Below are positions 62,520 to 64,000 of a DNA stretch of 64,000 nt, in pieces; within the stretch, counting starts at the first letter, position 1, and the number at the start of each line of letters is the position of its first letter. A program made the position numbers and the translations under genes. This stretch comes from Lingula anatina (taxonomy: Eukaryota > Animalia > Brachiopoda). The notes below the pieces were generated by a model. The model was not told the DNA's origin, searched no databases, and saw only the letters and a program-made list of their open reading frames with translations. The stretch is taken from positions 33,424,401 to 33,488,400 of the forward strand of contig CM120641.1 in assembly GCA_051362555.1 (NCBI GenBank), in the 5' to 3' direction.

Positions 62520-63980
62520 TCAGTGCCTTTTCTGCTTCTTTCCTTTTCCAGATACATGTAGCTCTTTCACATGAGGCTCCTTTCCATGTGGCTCTTTCTC
62601 AGGCTTTGTTTTTGTTTTTACTGGTGGGTATTGTCCTGAATTGGCCAGCATCTGCACATACACATACAGACCCAGGGCACAAAAAGTACACACAACAAAT
62701 ATGTACTCCACATGATTGGGAAAAGGAGTGCCACATATCCTATACCAGCTTGTCTTGGGGGGAAGCTCCCTCTGGTTTGGAATGCAGTGGAAATCATAAT
62801 ACCCTTCATCATAGTCGCTGAGGCATAGGTACTTGCGTTTAGACAAAATCTGAAATTTGACATTTGTTATTTATATTTATGTATATTTGTTACTTATATT
62901 AAAAACAAAGGAAAAACTTCAACTAATTACTTTAAAACACATAATATCAGCTTCATGTGTATGTTAAAGAATCAAAGGTTTCCAATTCAACAAATTATTT
63001 ACCTGCCCATCTAAGATACTTCAAAAGTTTCAATACTGGCAACAACAAAAAGTGATTTTTTTTTATACATTACGCTTTATGCAATAACCAATATAGTCCT
63101 ATTCAACATCTTTAACTGATCTTACCATGCCTGCTGCAGTATACACAGGTGACGTTTCATTGCAAGGACCAACAGTTTCATGGAGTCCCATTGAACTCTG
63201 CTGCTCTGGTTTGGAGAACACCACCAGGTACACGTAGAATAGATAGTGGATGATGACCAGTGCAGATATCTCATCAAACCAGCTGAAAAAATCTGAAATT
63301 TTCCATGTAATGGCTTGTTTAAATGGATTGTGGCAACTAGAGATATTCTGATGTGGCTGAATGTAGGGTTAAAATGTCTTGTGTTATGTAGAGTGTAAAG
63401 ATGATAACTAAAAGTATAGATATCTTCATCATTCAGTTCAGTAAATATGGAATTATTGGAAAGTTGCAGCAATGCATTGTTATTTGGACAAAGTGTGTTA
63501 GTTGTGAGTGTGGAGAAAAAGGCGCATCTTTTGACTATGAGTGTGTTTAAGATTGAAATATGATGTGTACCTCCAAGTAAGTGCATTTCTTGTAAAAATA
63601 AAACGTTGCGAAAATTCATGCAAACACCTTCACAACATCAAGCTGCTTTATGTTTGTCGACAAAGGGACATGACTTTACCTTGAATTACACAAAAAATTC
63701 CCCAGCCATAAATTTGGCAGTTCCAATACAAACACTCACAAACACACACACACACACACACACACGCTTACCTTTTCCCTCGGATCTGGCATCCTCCGTA
63801 GGATTCCTGTCTCCACTCCATATCACCATGACATAGAGGGCAAGCAGGGCCAGAACACACACCTCTGAGTGGAGCTGATATACATCATGAAGGGGATGGT
63901 ACAGTAGAATGAACTGAATGGTTCCCAGAGGCATGGAGAACAGGCCTGTCAGCACAGTACTCAGGAACTCTACACAGACA
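62520..63980 (-). CDS. Uncharacterised multi-pass membrane protein (possibly DUF7802 family), last three exons; 5' part lies outside the window
   Basis: Exons 63980-63772, 63292-63126 and 62849-62520, GT-AG and phase-compatible. Translation: VCVEFLSTVLTGLFSMPLGTIQFILLYHPLHDVYQLHSEVCVLALLALYVMVIWSGDR...FDEISALVIIHYLFYVYLVVFSKPEQQSSMGLHETVGPCNETSPVYTAAGMILSKRKYLCLSDYDEGYYDFHCIP...WYRICGTPFPNHVEYIFVVCTFCALGLYVYVQML...GKKQKRH*. About four hydrophobic segments. The family label is from memory and unverified. Confidence 0.85.
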
Positions 63981-64000
63981 CTGAAAGGTGTAACAATGTA

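Noticed and set aside
63122-63619. 165-aa ORF as a single coding exon
   Set aside because: The true exon (63292-63126) is in a different frame, fixed by the splice phases of the neighbouring exons; the rest is intron.

Overview
AT-rich, CpG-depleted animal genomic DNA (intron-rich invertebrate, plausibly a mollusc or other lophotrochozoan; the taxon cannot be fixed from sequence alone). It is not prokaryotic, and most entries in the ORF track are spurious or partial exons. Four spliced protein-coding genes were reconstructed by hand. (1) The 5' part of a USP53/USP54 (echinus-like) deubiquitinase on the minus strand. (2) A complete 11-exon, 396-aa LIM(CRIP-type)-RA-SARAH RASSF2/4-like gene on the plus strand, head-to-head with the USP gene across a CpG-rich bidirectional promoter at ~20.6-21.0 kb. 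(3) A complete vitamin K-dependent gamma-glutamyl carboxylase (GGCX, 15 coding exons, 750 aa) on the minus strand, with one GC-AG intron. (4) The last three exons of an uncharacterised multi-pass membrane protein on the minus strand, just upstream of GGCX. Introns carry several MITEs, a ~1 kb foldback element, a decayed RTE LINE fragment, related minisatellites and local duplications. No clearly new biological system is demonstrable. The best leads are complementary minisatellites bracketing an in-frame block of five GGCX exons, the modular CRIP/RASSF structure with possible LIM-only and LIM-less isoforms, the intronic foldback hairpin, and the unknown membrane protein next to GGCX.
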